Assembly: GCA_034007295.1 (NCBI GenBank)
Contig: JAVERC010000002.1
Coordinates: forward strand, 82,256-146,255
Source of the DNA: Desulforegulaceae bacterium
GTDB taxonomy: Bacteria; Desulfobacterota; Desulfobacteria; Desulfobacterales; JACKCP01
Reading direction: 5' to 3'
Length of the DNA stretch: 64,000 bases
Shown here one piece after another: positions 1 to 8,548 of the stretch (its first letter is position 1; every line of letters begins with the position of its first letter). A program made the translations under genes and the position numbers. The notes under the pieces are model-generated. The model made no database searches. It was given only the letters and a program-made list of their open reading frames with translations, and was not told the DNA's origin.

Positions 1-81
1 TTTTTAAAAAATTTATTTATATCTTTCATTTTACATGCCTTTAACCTGAGCCATAAACCTTAATTTAAAAAAATTATTACC

Positions 82-226
82 TAGTTGCTGAACGAAAATG
101 GCCTTTTTTGTCCATTATTAAGTCAGATTCAAAATTTAATCCTCAAAATACTAAATGTATCCTAAAGGTTAAATTTTTCATCTTCCTTGAACTGAACAAA
201 AAATTCTCATTTTCGGCCAATCACTA
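82..226 (+). repeat. Family-A self-complementary intergenic repeat, full-length copy A1
   Basis: TAGTTGCTGAACGAAAATGGCCTTTTTTGTCC...TTTTCGGCCAATCACTA. Hand alignment gives 13 differences from the copy at 37893-38036. The left arm aligns with the reverse complement of the right arm. Confidence 0.85.
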
Positions 227-286
227 CCTAAATTGAGGGGGTCATATTTTAAAATCAATAAATTTTCAATGATTAAGCTTATTATA
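227..286 (+). repeat. Module-B repeat, copy B1, abutting the right end of A1
   Basis: CCTAAATTGAGGGGGTCATATTTTAAAATCAATAAATTTTCAATGATTAAGCTTATTATA. Related sequences are at 3195-3256 (reverse complement), 12860-12913 and 52580-52619. Confidence 0.7.
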
Positions 287-302
287 TTTTAAATTAAATA
301 AA

Positions 303-779
303 TCAGGTATTTTTTCTTCTAAAATCGCCACTTTTACCGCCTGTTTTTTCCAAAAGCATAGTATTTTTTATTATCATTTCTTTATCATAAGCCTTGCACA
401 TATCATAAATTGCAAGTGCGGCAAGTGAGGCTCCTGTCAATGCCTCCATTTCAGCTCCGGTTTTATCATCTGCACTGATTTTGCAAAAAATTTCTATAAA
501 TGTTTCGTTTATAACAAAATCAAATTCAATGCCTGTAATTTTTATGGGGTGGCAAAGGAAAATAAGATCAGATGTTTTTTTTGCACCTGCAATTCCAGTA
601 AGTTTTGCTGTCTCAATTACATTGCCTTTTGCTGTATTATTTGACTCAATAAGATTTATTGTTTCTTTTTTTGTGTGAATTTCTGATTTAGCAATTGCTG
701 TTCTTTTTGTGGGAATTTTATCTGATATATTTACCATATGAACTCTTCCCTTAGAATCAAGATGAGTGAATCCCTTCAA
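303..779 (-). CDS. moaC: cyclic pyranopterin monophosphate synthase MoaC
   Basis: 158-aa ORF of typical MoaC length with MoaC-type motifs (HMVNISDK, GAEMEALTGASLAALAIYDMCKA). Confidence 0.9.
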   Translation of the reverse strand: MKGFTHLDSKGRVHMVNISDKIPTKRTAIAKSEIHTKKETINLIESNNTAKGNVIETAKLTGIAGAKKTSDLIFLCHPIKITGIEFDFVINETFIEIFCKISADDKTGAEMEALTGASLAALAIYDMCKAYDKEMIIKNTMLLEKTGGKSGDFRRKNT

Positions 780-837
780 TTTTTTTCCTGCCTTTATTTA
801 AAAATGATTTGTAATAATTGTCTTATTTTTATCTATT

Positions 838-924
838 TAGTTGCTGAACGAAAACGGCCTTTTTTGTCCATTCTTAAGTCAGAATCAAAATTTAATCCTC
901 AAAATACTATTGGGGCAATCACTA
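838..924 (+). repeat. Family-A repeat, short form A2 (left arm plus right terminus only)
   Basis: TAGTTGCTGAACGAAAACGGCCTTTTTTGTCCATTCTTAAGTCAGAATCAAAATTTAATCCTCAAAATACT is joined directly to ATTGGGGCAATCACTA. The central and right-arm portion is missing. Confidence 0.8.
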
Positions 925-980
925 TAAATACTATAAATAAATTTAAAATGAAAAACTTCTGACTTTGGTTTAATCTTGAA

Positions 981-1343
981 TTATTCATTGAGATTTTGCT
1001 TTTTTTTAACTGCTTTTTCTTTTATTTCATTAAGTGTCTTTGACATGGCATAAATTGTATTTTCTCTTATGTCACCAGCAATAGCAATGTGCATTATCTC
1101 ATCTCCAATGTTAAGGGTTGCTTTTTCATGCATATAAAACTTAATATCAATAATACCAGGCAGTTTTTTGTTTGAATTTACAATATTTTCAATAAGAGAA
1201 AAGTCAGGTTCAATATCAAGAGTTTTAATTTTTTTCCCGTCCCTTGATGAGTTTCTTACAATTCCTGTGTGCGTAAGAATCATGCCTGCATTTGATATTT
1301 CTGGATTTTTTTTAAGTTCTTCAATGAGATCATTAATTTTCAT
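981..1343 (-). CDS. MoaE-family protein (molybdopterin synthase catalytic subunit-like)
   Basis: 120 aa. GMILTHTGIVRNSSRDG and the C-terminal GDEIMHIAIAGDIRENTIYA...EIKEKAVKKK align by eye with the MoaE pattern (G.v.tF.G.VRn ... Gd.iv.v.v..hR..af ... K...p.wK.E). It lies next to moaC and is shorter than E. coli MoaE. Confidence 0.6.
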   Translation of the reverse strand: MKINDLIEELKKNPEISNAGMILTHTGIVRNSSRDGKKIKTLDIEPDFSLIENIVNSNKKLPGIIDIKFYMHEKATLNIGDEIMHIAIAGDIRENTIYAMSKTLNEIKEKAVKKKQNLNE

Positions 1344-1506
1344 TTTTTCTCCACTAAGAAAATAGTTTTGTAAATTTTTTTAAAAAACTTAGCATAAATT
1401 TTTCTTGCTGAATATTAGTATAGTTTGTATATTAATTCAAAAAAATTATTTTTCTTTCAGTCACTCCAGATATCTCTAAAATAATATTTAACCTTAGGAA
1501 TCTTTT

Positions 1507-1932
1507 ATGTCGGATTTAAATTTGAACTTGTCTCAAAATGAAAGAATGAGAAGAGAAGATTTTTTTGTTGAAAGGCTGAAGCTCCTTATGGTTATGTGCA
1601 GAGCTTTTATTAAAGGTTATCCCATGGAAGGTTTCAGGCGTGAAGCAGTTTTAAAAAATGCTGAACATGTTTTTTTTGAAACTGCAGACTGGGGTGGCCA
1701 ATATCTAAATGTCAGAGAAAAAGCAATGTATATAAATGGAATTAAGCCTGACAGCTATTTTTATCAGCGTGTAAAGCTTCTTGCACTTATGGCTAAAAGT
1801 TTTGCACAGGGTAATCCGGCAGGATATTTCAGGGTTAAGGCAGTTGAGGATACAATCAATGAAATAGAAAGCACTCTTAAGCTTGACTATGATGAAGATG
1901 TACTGGAAATGAGTTTTTTCAATGTAGCCTGA
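1507..1932 (+). CDS. hypothetical protein with an internal ~40-aa tandem duplication
   Basis: 141-aa ORF. Segment DFFVERLKLLMVMCRAFIKGYPMEGFRREAVLKNAEHV repeats as SYFYQRVKLLALMAKSFAQGNPAGYFRVKAVEDTINEI. I recognise no family. Confidence 0.5.
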   Translation: MSDLNLNLSQNERMRREDFFVERLKLLMVMCRAFIKGYPMEGFRREAVLKNAEHVFFETADWGGQYLNVREKAMYINGIKPDSYFYQRVKLLALMAKSFAQGNPAGYFRVKAVEDTINEIESTLKLDYDEDVLEMSFFNVA

Positions 1933-1947
1933 TGGAGATAATTTTTT

Positions 1948-2316
1948 ATGGAAAATGTGAAAATAATGGTTGTTGAGAACAATCATATGGTCAACTCTCT
2001 TATCAAAGATGTAATGATGTTTTGTGTTAACAGAGATATAATGTCGTTTTTTAATGATGATGATGCAATAAATTATATGCAAAGGTCTGGAGTTGTCCCT
2101 GATCTTGTAATTTCAAGATTTAAGGACGAAGGTGTAAGTGCAGGTAAAATTGCAGGTTATGTAAAGGAAAAAAATAAGAAATCTGTTTTTGTTTTTTCAT
2201 CAGATATTGAAAATGACAAAAATCTTGCAGTAAATGAAGGTGCAGACGCTTTTTTGCAGATCCCTTTTTCAATTTCAGATCTTTTCAAAATAGTTGATGA
2301 TTTTGTTGTTGATTAG
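1948..2316 (+). CDS. degenerate (pseudo-)receiver domain protein
   Basis: 122 aa with CheY-like spacing. The acidic pair is EN (VVENN), the phospho-acceptor position is Arg (DLVISRF) and the conserved Lys is Ile (LQIPF). Confidence 0.6.
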   Translation: MENVKIMVVENNHMVNSLIKDVMMFCVNRDIMSFFNDDDAINYMQRSGVVPDLVISRFKDEGVSAGKIAGYVKEKNKKSVFVFSSDIENDKNLAVNEGADAFLQIPFSISDLFKIVDDFVVD

Positions 2317-2460
2317 CTTTTTTTATTTTCCGGAGAATATTTCTTGTTCGATTATAGATGGAAAATTTAAACTTTAAAATACTTGTTGCTATGTGGCCGA
2401 AAAACTGTTTTTTAAAATTTTAAGAACAGTTTTTTTATAAAGTTAGATTCTTTCAAATTT

Positions 2461-2862
2461 GTGATTAAACAAAATATGAAGTTCTATCCTTTTTTTTTAA
2501 AAACTCCGGTAAATTCTAATAAAAAAATTAGGCTTTTATTTTATTTCTTAATTTTTCTTAATTTTTTTTCATGTACAAATAAACCAGAATTAAATTATTC
2601 TGCTTCTATTGTAATTAATGGCAGAAAAGTGAAAATGACTTTATATGGTCCATATTATGATGCAATTGACCAGTGGGATGAAATTGAATTTGTTTTAAAT
2701 AAAATTTCACAAAACCACTCTGTAAAAAAAATACTTATTCGTTTAGCTCCACTGAAAAATTCAGAAAAAGAAAATTATTTTTCTGAATATTGTCTTAGAA
2801 AAGTAATAAAATATTTTAAAGAAAAAAATATTGTATATGAAATAAAAGATGAAAGAATGTAA
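2461..2862 (+). CDS. hypothetical small lipoprotein
   Basis: 133-aa ORF (GTG start; in-frame ATG at 2476). A hydrophobic stretch LLFYFLIFLNFFSC ends in a lipobox-like Cys. No recognisable family. Confidence 0.45.
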   Translation: MIKQNMKFYPFFLKTPVNSNKKIRLLFYFLIFLNFFSCTNKPELNYSASIVINGRKVKMTLYGPYYDAIDQWDEIEFVLNKISQNHSVKKILIRLAPLKNSEKENYFSEYCLRKVIKYFKEKNIVYEIKDERM

Positions 2863-2905
2863 TCAGTTCTTTTGTGAAAATTATAATTTTTTATTTGGTT
2901 TAATA

Positions 2906-3012
2906 GATGTTAAAACTCAAATATTTTAACATGAATTCAGCGATTACCAAGCGGCCATTTTATCAGAATTTATTTTTGCTGTGTGTGATACAGATTAGTG
3001 CATAAGATGCAA
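2906..3012 (-). repeat. Family-C repeat, copy C1 (weaker similarity)
   Basis: The reverse complement (..CTTATGCACTAATCTGTATCACACACAGCAAAAATAAATTCTGATAAAATGGCCGCT..) aligns by eye with 18329-18428 (..CTTATGCATGTGGCTGCATCACACATAATAAAAATCTTATTAAATTGCCGCT..). Confidence 0.45.
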
Positions 3013-3051
3013 CAATTGGCATGCGTGCAGGGTTCATATTTTTAAATATAA

Positions 3052-3196
3052 TAGTTGTTGATCGAAAGCGGTCTTTTTTGTCTATTTCTGCGTCAGATTC
3101 AAAATTTAATCCTCAAAATACTCAATGTTCTTCTGCGGTTAAATTTTTTATCTTGCTTGAACTGAACAAAAAATTTTAGTTTTCGGCCAATCACTA
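3052..3196 (+). repeat. Family-A repeat, full-length copy A3
   Basis: TAGTTGTTGATCGAAAGCGGTCTTTTTTGTCTATTTCTGCGTCAGATTCAAAATTTAATCCTCAAAATACTCAATG...GAACTGAACAAAAAATTTTAGTTTTCGGCCAATCACTA. Confidence 0.85.
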
Positions 3197-3256
3197 TAAT
3201 AAGCTAAATTAATTGAAAATTTATTGATTTAAATAAGATAAAATGCTCAATTCAGG
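3195..3256 (-). repeat. Module-B repeat, copy B2, inverted relative to B1
   Basis: The plus strand reads TATAATAAGCTAAATTAATTGAAAATTTATTGATTTAAATAAGATAAAATGCTCAATTCAGG. Its reverse complement matches B1, and it overlaps the A3 terminus by 2 nt. Confidence 0.7.
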
Positions 3257-3355
3257 TCGCAATTAGTTTACCAAACTTGATAATGGCTTAATTTAGGATT
3301 AAAATAAATTTTATGTAAATACCATAGCTCCAGGATTTTTGTATAGAGGGTTGAG

Positions 3356-3430
3356 TAGTGATTGAGCGAAAACTAAGAATTTTGTTTCAGTTTAAGGCAT
3401 ACAAAAAAAATAGTTTTAGTTCAGCAACTA
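3356..3430 (-). repeat. Family-A repeat, short form A4 (both termini, centre deleted)
   Basis: The plus strand reads TAGTGATTGAGCGAAAACTAAGAATTTTGTTTCAGTT...TAGTTTTAGTTCAGCAACTA. It ends 11 nt before the receiver ORF. Confidence 0.75.
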
Positions 3431-3441
3431 ATTAAAATGGA

Positions 3442-3861
3442 TTGACAATGAAAATGAATAAGACAGTTTTTTTTGTAGACGATGAAAAAAATGTTTTAAA
3501 TTCAATTAAAAGGCTGTTTAGAAATTCAGATCTTGATATTTTTATTTTTCAGGACCCTTTTGATGTTTTTAAGGCTTCAAGTGAAAATAATCCTGCTGTA
3601 GTTGTTTCAGATTATAGAATGCCTGAAATGAGCGGAGTAGAGCTTCTTGAAAAAATTAGCGTTTTGTTTCCTTCAAGTATAAGAATTATTTTGTCAGCTT
3701 TTACAGATATTGCCATAACTGAAGCTGCAATAAATAAATCTACAGTGAATCTTTTTATTTCTAAGCCTTGGGATGAGGAAGAGTTATTAACTGAAGTAGC
3801 TAATGCAGTAAAGTTATATAATTCTCCAAAGGATAAAAAATCAGGATATGGTTTTTTTTAA
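3442..3861 (+). CDS. single-domain response regulator (receiver)
   Basis: 139 aa with a canonical receiver signature: FVDDE, VVSDYRMPEMSG, ILSAF, ISKPW. The track start is TTG; in-frame ATGs are at 3448 and 3454. Confidence 0.85.
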   Translation: MTMKMNKTVFFVDDEKNVLNSIKRLFRNSDLDIFIFQDPFDVFKASSENNPAVVVSDYRMPEMSGVELLEKISVLFPSSIRIILSAFTDIAITEAAINKSTVNLFISKPWDEEELLTEVANAVKLYNSPKDKKSGYGFF

Positions 3862-3879
3862 GCCATAAAAAGGATTTCT

Positions 3880-4197
3880 ATGGGGTTTAAAACAGATTTT
3901 AAAGATAATGAACTTGTTTTGTGTTTAACAGGTGAATTTACAATCTATGATGTCAGTCAGGCAAAAAAAGAAATTTTAAAATATATAAATAATATTTCTC
4001 GGGTAAAGATAAAATCAGACGAACTCATAAGGGCTGATACAGCAGGTATTCAGCTTGTTATATCCCTTGTTAAGACTTGTATCAAAAATGACATTGAAAT
4101 TATAATGAAAAAAAATTCAAAAATTTTTGAATTTGCATCGTTTCCTGGAAATAATCTCAAAACTTTTTTGTATGAAAGAGTAAAGGATCATGCCTGA
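3880..4197 (+). CDS. STAS domain protein (anti-sigma-factor-antagonist-like)
   Basis: 105 aa with the STAS pattern: L.LTGEFTIYDV...IRADTAGIQLVISL, with Thr at the usual phospho-Ser position. Its end overlaps the cheY start by 8 nt. Confidence 0.7.
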   Translation: MGFKTDFKDNELVLCLTGEFTIYDVSQAKKEILKYINNISRVKIKSDELIRADTAGIQLVISLVKTCIKNDIEIIMKKNSKIFEFASFPGNNLKTFLYERVKDHA

Positions 4198-4570
4198 TAA
4201 GATACTTATTGTAGATGACTCCCCAAGTACTCTCATGCTTATGAAATTTTCTCTGGAAAAAAAAGGATATAATGTGGAAAAAGCACAAAATGCAGAGGAA
4301 GCACTTGAAATAATAGGTGAAAATTCAGATATTGTTTGTCTGATTACAGATATAAATATGCCTGGAATGAGTGGGATTGAGCTTGTAGAAAAAGTTAGGA
4401 AAAATCTTTATTGTAAATTTATGCCTGTAATAGTTTTGACTAATCCAGATAGTCCTGAAAATATAAAAAAAGCAAGAAGTGCCGGAGCAACAGGCTGGCT
4501 TGATAAGCCTTTTAAGCCCGAAGATCTGGTCAAAGTTATAGAAAAAATAAGGAAAAGGCCAGGGAAGTGA
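4190..4570 (+). CDS. cheY: CheY-like response regulator
   Basis: 126 aa: IVDDS, LITDINMPGMSG, VLTN, GATGWLDKPF. All conserved receiver residues are present. Confidence 0.9.
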   Translation: MPDKILIVDDSPSTLMLMKFSLEKKGYNVEKAQNAEEALEIIGENSDIVCLITDINMPGMSGIELVEKVRKNLYCKFMPVIVLTNPDSPENIKKARSAGATGWLDKPFKPEDLVKVIEKIRKRPGK

Positions 4571-6519
4571 ATAGTGGTGAAGGTATAAAAGATACTTTTT
4601 TTGAAGAATCAAGATTTCTTGTTTCGGAAATGGAGTCCCTTGCTCTTGATCTAGAATCTGAACCTGAAAATAAAAGTATTGCTGAGTCTTTATTCAGAGC
4701 AGTTCATACAATAAAGGGAAGCAGCGGAATGTTTGGATTTGAAAATGCTGCTGAGCTTGGTCATTTGCTTGAAAATATAATTACTTTAATCAGGGAAGGG
4801 CATTTAAAGTCTGATAATCGTATAACGGACTTATTTCTTGAATGTGCAGATGAGTTTAAAGTACTTTTTGAAAATAAAGATATTGAAGGCCAAAAATCTC
4901 AAAATTTAAAAGAAAAAATTTTATTTTTATCTGACTTAGCAAACAGCAATAATAAGTCTGGAGAAAAAAATAAACTCAATGAATATAGAATTTTTTTCAG
5001 GCCAATGGAAAAAATTTTTGAAATAGGACTTGATCCTTACACAAATATTGAAGAATTGATTGAATCAGGTGAGTGTGCAATTGAATGCGATACAGCAAAT
5101 GTTCCTGACCTTTTTGAAATTAATCCTGAAAAGTGCTATCTTTCATTTGACATAAAAATTAAAACAAAGCTTTCTGTAAAAGAAATAAAAGATATTTTTC
5201 TTTTTGTTGAAGATGACAGCGAAATAATAATTGAAGAAATCCTTCCTGAGCTGCCTGAAAAAACAGAAGATATTTCTGATAAACTCAAAAAATACATAGG
5301 CAAAAAAGACAGCAGCATAGTTATCTCCACCAAAAAACTAGATGACATGGTAAATCTTGTAGGCGAACTTGTAATGAATCAGTCAAGACTTTACAGGGAA
5401 ATGCTTTTACGTCCAAATGACCCGCTTAAGGTGCTTGCCGAATCAATGGATGAATGTGTCCATGAGTTAAGATCTTCAGTTCTTGACTTGAGAATGACTC
5501 CAATTGGAACAAAATTCAGTCATTTCAGAAGACTTGTAAGGGATTTGTCAGCATCATTGAATAAAAAAGTGGAACTTTATACTTATGGTGAAGATACTGA
5601 ACTTGATAAAAGCATAATAGAAAAAATCTGGGATCCCTTTGTTCATCTGATAAGAAACAGTATAGACCATGGAATAGAAAGCCCTGAAGACAGAATAAAA
5701 AAGGGCAAGTCAGAAACAGGAAGAATAGTGATTTCAGCAAGAACAAAAGAATCAAAAGTTGAAATTTCAATATCAGATGACGGAAAAGGACTAGACGAAG
5801 ATTTTATATTAAATGAAGCAGTAAAAAGGGGTTTTGCTGAAAAGACACAAAATATTTCCAAAAAAAATATACTTGATTTTATTTTTATTCCTGGATTTTC
5901 AACTGCTGAAAAAGTCAGCGGTATTTCAGGAAGAGGAATAGGCATGGATGCAGTAAAAAAGAAAATAGAAGAAGTCAATGGTGAAATAAGAGTTGATTCT
6001 TTAAAAGGCTGCGGTACCACAATTACTATACTTCTTCCTTTAACCCTTGCAATAGTAGATGTATTAATGTTTGAAACAGGGAATATGTGTTTTGCTGTTC
6101 CTTTATCCCATATTGAAGAATGCTTTGATTTTTCTAGATTTAGAATAGAAGGGAAAAGAAAAAGAAATCTTTTAAAACTTAGGGATGAATTTATTCCATA
6201 TTTTAAAATTTCAGATATTTATGATCTTCAAGAAAATACAGATGAAAATTTATGGCAGGTGATTTTGGTTAACCATGGAAGCAGAAAGGCTGGTTTTGTG
6301 GTTGAACGGCTTTTAAGGGCTCAGCAGGCTGTTATAAAATCAATCAGAAACTGGTATGGAAGAGATGATGGGATTACAGGTGCTGCTGTGCTTTATGATG
6401 GAAGTCTTGCCTATGTGATTGATGTAGTAAGGCTTTTAAGTATTTTTACTGGAAATAAAGATATTGAATTGGTTTCAGGTGCAATTGTCGAAAATTCTCT
6501 TAAGATTGGGCAGGCTTGA
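4567..6519 (+). CDS. cheA: chemotaxis histidine kinase CheA
   Basis: 650 aa. It has the HPt motif FRAVHTIKGSSGMFGF, a dimerisation region, an HATPase domain (HLIRNSIDHGIE, DDGKGL, GRGIGMD) and a C-terminal CheW-like domain. The GTG start overlaps the cheY stop. Confidence 0.92.
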   Translation: MNSGEGIKDTFFEESRFLVSEMESLALDLESEPENKSIAESLFRAVHTIKGSSGMFGFENAAELGHLLENIITLIREGHLKSDNRITDLFLECADEFKVLFENKDIEGQKSQNLKEKILFLSDLANSNNKSGEKNKLNEYRIFFRPMEKIFEIGLDPYTNIEELIESGECAIECDTANVPDLFEINPEKCYLSFDIKIKTKLSVKEIKDIFLFVEDDSEIIIEEILPELPEKTEDISDKLKKYIGKKDSSIVISTKKLDDMVNLVGELVMNQSRLYREMLLRPNDPLKVLAESMDECVHELRSSVLDLRMTPIGTKFSHFRRLVRDLSASLNKKVELYTYGEDTELDKSIIEKIWDPFVHLIRNSIDHGIESPEDRIKKGKSETGRIVISARTKESKVEISISDDGKGLDEDFILNEAVKRGFAEKTQNISKKNILDFIFIPGFSTAEKVSGISGRGIGMDAVKKKIEEVNGEIRVDSLKGCGTTITILLPLTLAIVDVLMFETGNMCFAVPLSHIEECFDFSRFRIEGKRKRNLLKLRDEFIPYFKISDIYDLQENTDENLWQVILVNHGSRKAGFVVERLLRAQQAVIKSIRNWYGRDDGITGAAVLYDGSLAYVIDVVRLLSIFTGNKDIELVSGAIVENSLKIGQA

Positions 6520-6537
6520 ATTGTTAGGTGCTAAAAC

Positions 6538-6674
6538 TATTGATTGGGCAAAACAAAGATTTTGTTTAAGTTATATATGACAATTAAACCTTTGTAAAAT
6601 TTAAATATTTTGAGGATTAAATTTTGAATCTGACGCAGAAATGGGCAAAAAAGGCCGTTTTTGTTCAGCAACTA
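6538..6674 (-). repeat. Family-A repeat, near full-length copy A5, between cheA and mcp
   Basis: The plus strand reads TATTGATTGGGCAAAACAAAG...TATTTTGAGGATTAAATTTTGAATCTGACGCAGAAATGGGCAAAAAAGGCCGTTTTTGTTCAGCAACTA. It starts 18 nt after the cheA stop. Confidence 0.85.
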
Positions 6675-6736
6675 GGTATTTTTGATCTGCAGCTTAGCTT
6701 AACTTGGTTAACCCGTCAAATTTGGAGATTTATGAT

Positions 6737-8536
6737 ATGTTAGGCTGGAAAAATGTTAAGATTTTATCTAAAACTTATATAGTTTTTTTTGTTTTTTCTG
6801 TTTTGTTTATTGGTTTTATCAGCTGGTGTATTTGGAATTTAAATCAAATTGTTTTAGTTGATAAAAAAAATATTTATGTGACAAATTTGATTACACGGCT
6901 TGATAATAATGAAGTTTTTCTTGTTGAACTTATAAAAGATCAGTCTGAATATCTCAATGATCAGGCTGATTTTACAGAATCTCCTTTTGATACAAATGAA
7001 ATAAGACTTAGAGAAGTTTTTTCAGAAGAGCTCAAAAGATCAATCCTTGAACTAATACCTTTTCAAAAACTCGCAGTAAAAGAGCTTGATGACAAGTATA
7101 ATATACTTATTAATGATCTTGAAAGAGTCAGTTTAAATTCTGTTGATGGAAGATATTTTGATAATAAGATTGATTTTTTTAATTTTTTTAATTTAAGAGT
7201 TCTTTCAGATTTGGAATCTATTTTAAAAGCTCAGTCTTTATTAAAAAAATATATTAAGGAAGAAGTTATTTTGTCAGATAAAATGGTTGAAACTGTAAAT
7301 TCTTTAAAATTTAAAACAATTTCAGCTGGAATGGTTTTTCTTTGCATTGCTTTATTTACAATTATTTTTTTTGTTGGAATATTAAGAAAAAAAATGGAGA
7401 TATTAATATCTGCATCAAATGAGTTTTCTATGGGTAAATTTGACAAAAAAATTGAGTTTACCAGCATGGATGAATTAGGACTTCTAGCAAACGCTTTAAA
7501 TTCTATTTGTGAAAATTTTAAATATATTTCAGGAACTGCAGAAAGAATCTCAAATGGTGATTTAAGATATGAATTTCTTAATGAAGATGAAAATGACCCT
7601 GTTAAGCAAGCTCTTAAAATTATGTATGAGAAACTCCATGAAATAATTCTAAAGGCAAGAATGATTTCATGTCAGGTTAAAACAGGCAGTACAAGTCTTT
7701 ATTCAATAGCCGATGAAATATCTACTGGAGCAGCTCAGCAGGCAGCTGCAGCAGAAGAAAGCAGTTCATCTATGGAACAAATGTCTGCTACTCTAAAGCA
7801 AAATGCGGTCAATGCAGAAGAAACAGTAAAAATAGCAAATGATATGGTTGAAGCTTCTGAAGACAGCGGAAAATTTGTAGAACAGACTGTTATAGATATG
7901 AAAAATATTGCTGAAAAAATTGAAGTAGTTGAAGATATAGCTAGGCAGACAAATCTTCTTGCACTCAATGCAGCAATTGAGGCGGCAAGGGCAGGAGAAT
8001 ACGGAAAGGGATTTGCTGTTGTTGCAAAAGAAGTTAAAAATCTTGCTGAAAAAAGCCACAAGGCGGCTCTTGAGATTGCTGAAGTTGCAAATGACAGTGT
8101 TGAAAGAGCTGATAGAACAAATAGTGTTACAATGGATGCACTAAATAAAATTAAAAGAACAGCTGAGCTTGTTGAGGAAATTTCAATTACAACAGCAGAG
8201 CAAAGTGATGCTGTAAACCATACTGCTGAAGCAATTACACATTTAGATCAAATTATTCAAAAAAATGCAGAAGTATCTGAAGAAATGGCTTTCTATGCAA
8301 AAGAACTTTCAGAATACTCAGTAAAATTAGGTGAGGTTGTAGATTTTTTTATTATAAACAATGAAGGCAAGCTATGTCCAAATTGTTTTGAAAGTAAAGA
8401 AGCTGAGTATCAAAATCCTTTTGAAAAAGATATTGAAAGTACAAACGATGCTCATTTTGACAAAAATACAAGTAATCATGTCAAAACGGTTTACAAAGGG
8501 AATGATTTTTTAGACGATGATTTTATTAAATTTTAG
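6737..8536 (+). CDS. methyl-accepting chemotaxis protein
   Basis: Two hydrophobic segments, a HAMP-like region, and the signalling hairpin [34 protein letters not shown] prefer the ATG at 6737 (GGAG 9 nt upstream). The ORF track starts at TTG 6704. Confidence 0.88.
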   Translation: MLGWKNVKILSKTYIVFFVFSVLFIGFISWCIWNLNQIVLVDKKNIYVTNLITRLDNNEVFLVELIKDQSEYLNDQADFTESPFDTNEIRLREVFSEELKRSILELIPFQKLAVKELDDKYNILINDLERVSLNSVDGRYFDNKIDFFNFFNLRVLSDLESILKAQSLLKKYIKEEVILSDKMVETVNSLKFKTISAGMVFLCIALFTIIFFVGILRKKMEILISASNEFSMGKFDKKIEFTSMDELGLLANALNSICENFKYISGTAERISNGDLRYEFLNEDENDPVKQALKIMYEKLHEIILKARMISCQVKTGSTSLYSIADEISTGAAQQAAAAEESSSSMEQMSATLKQNAVNAEETVKIANDMVEASEDSGKFVEQTVIDMKNIAEKIEVVEDIARQTNLLALNAAIEAARAGEYGKGFAVVAKEVKNLAEKSHKAALEIAEVANDSVERADRTNSVTMDALNKIKRTAELVEEISITTAEQSDAVNHTAEAITHLDQIIQKNAEVSEEMAFYAKELSEYSVKLGEVVDFFIINNEGKLCPNCFESKEAEYQNPFEKDIESTNDAHFDKNTSNHVKTVYKGNDFLDDDFIKF

Positions 8537-8548
8537 AAGGCTTTTTTT

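Noticed and set aside
98-115. Sigma-54 promoter inside family A (TGGCC...TTGTCC)
   Set aside because: The GG and GC dinucleotides are not at the required GG-N10-GC spacing, and the GG is not conserved in copies A3 and A7.
126-142. IHF-binding site in the family-A core (GATTCAAAATTTAATCC), as in ERIC, Correia and BIME elements
   Set aside because: It does not match WATCAANNNNTTR without an indel. In such AT-rich sequence a near-match is uninformative, so it remains untested.
738-962. 74-aa plus-strand ORF spanning repeat copy A2
   Set aside because: It is simply a read-through of the repeat and AT-rich spacer. The same repeat is out of frame or interrupted by stops at other copies, and there is no RBS.
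1450-2434. Possible further family-A relics (TTTAACCTTAGGAATC near 1480-1500; TATGTGGCCGAAAAACTGTTTTTT near 2390-2412)
   Set aside because: The matches are only 15-25 nt long in AT-rich sequence. They are too short and degenerate to call without statistics.
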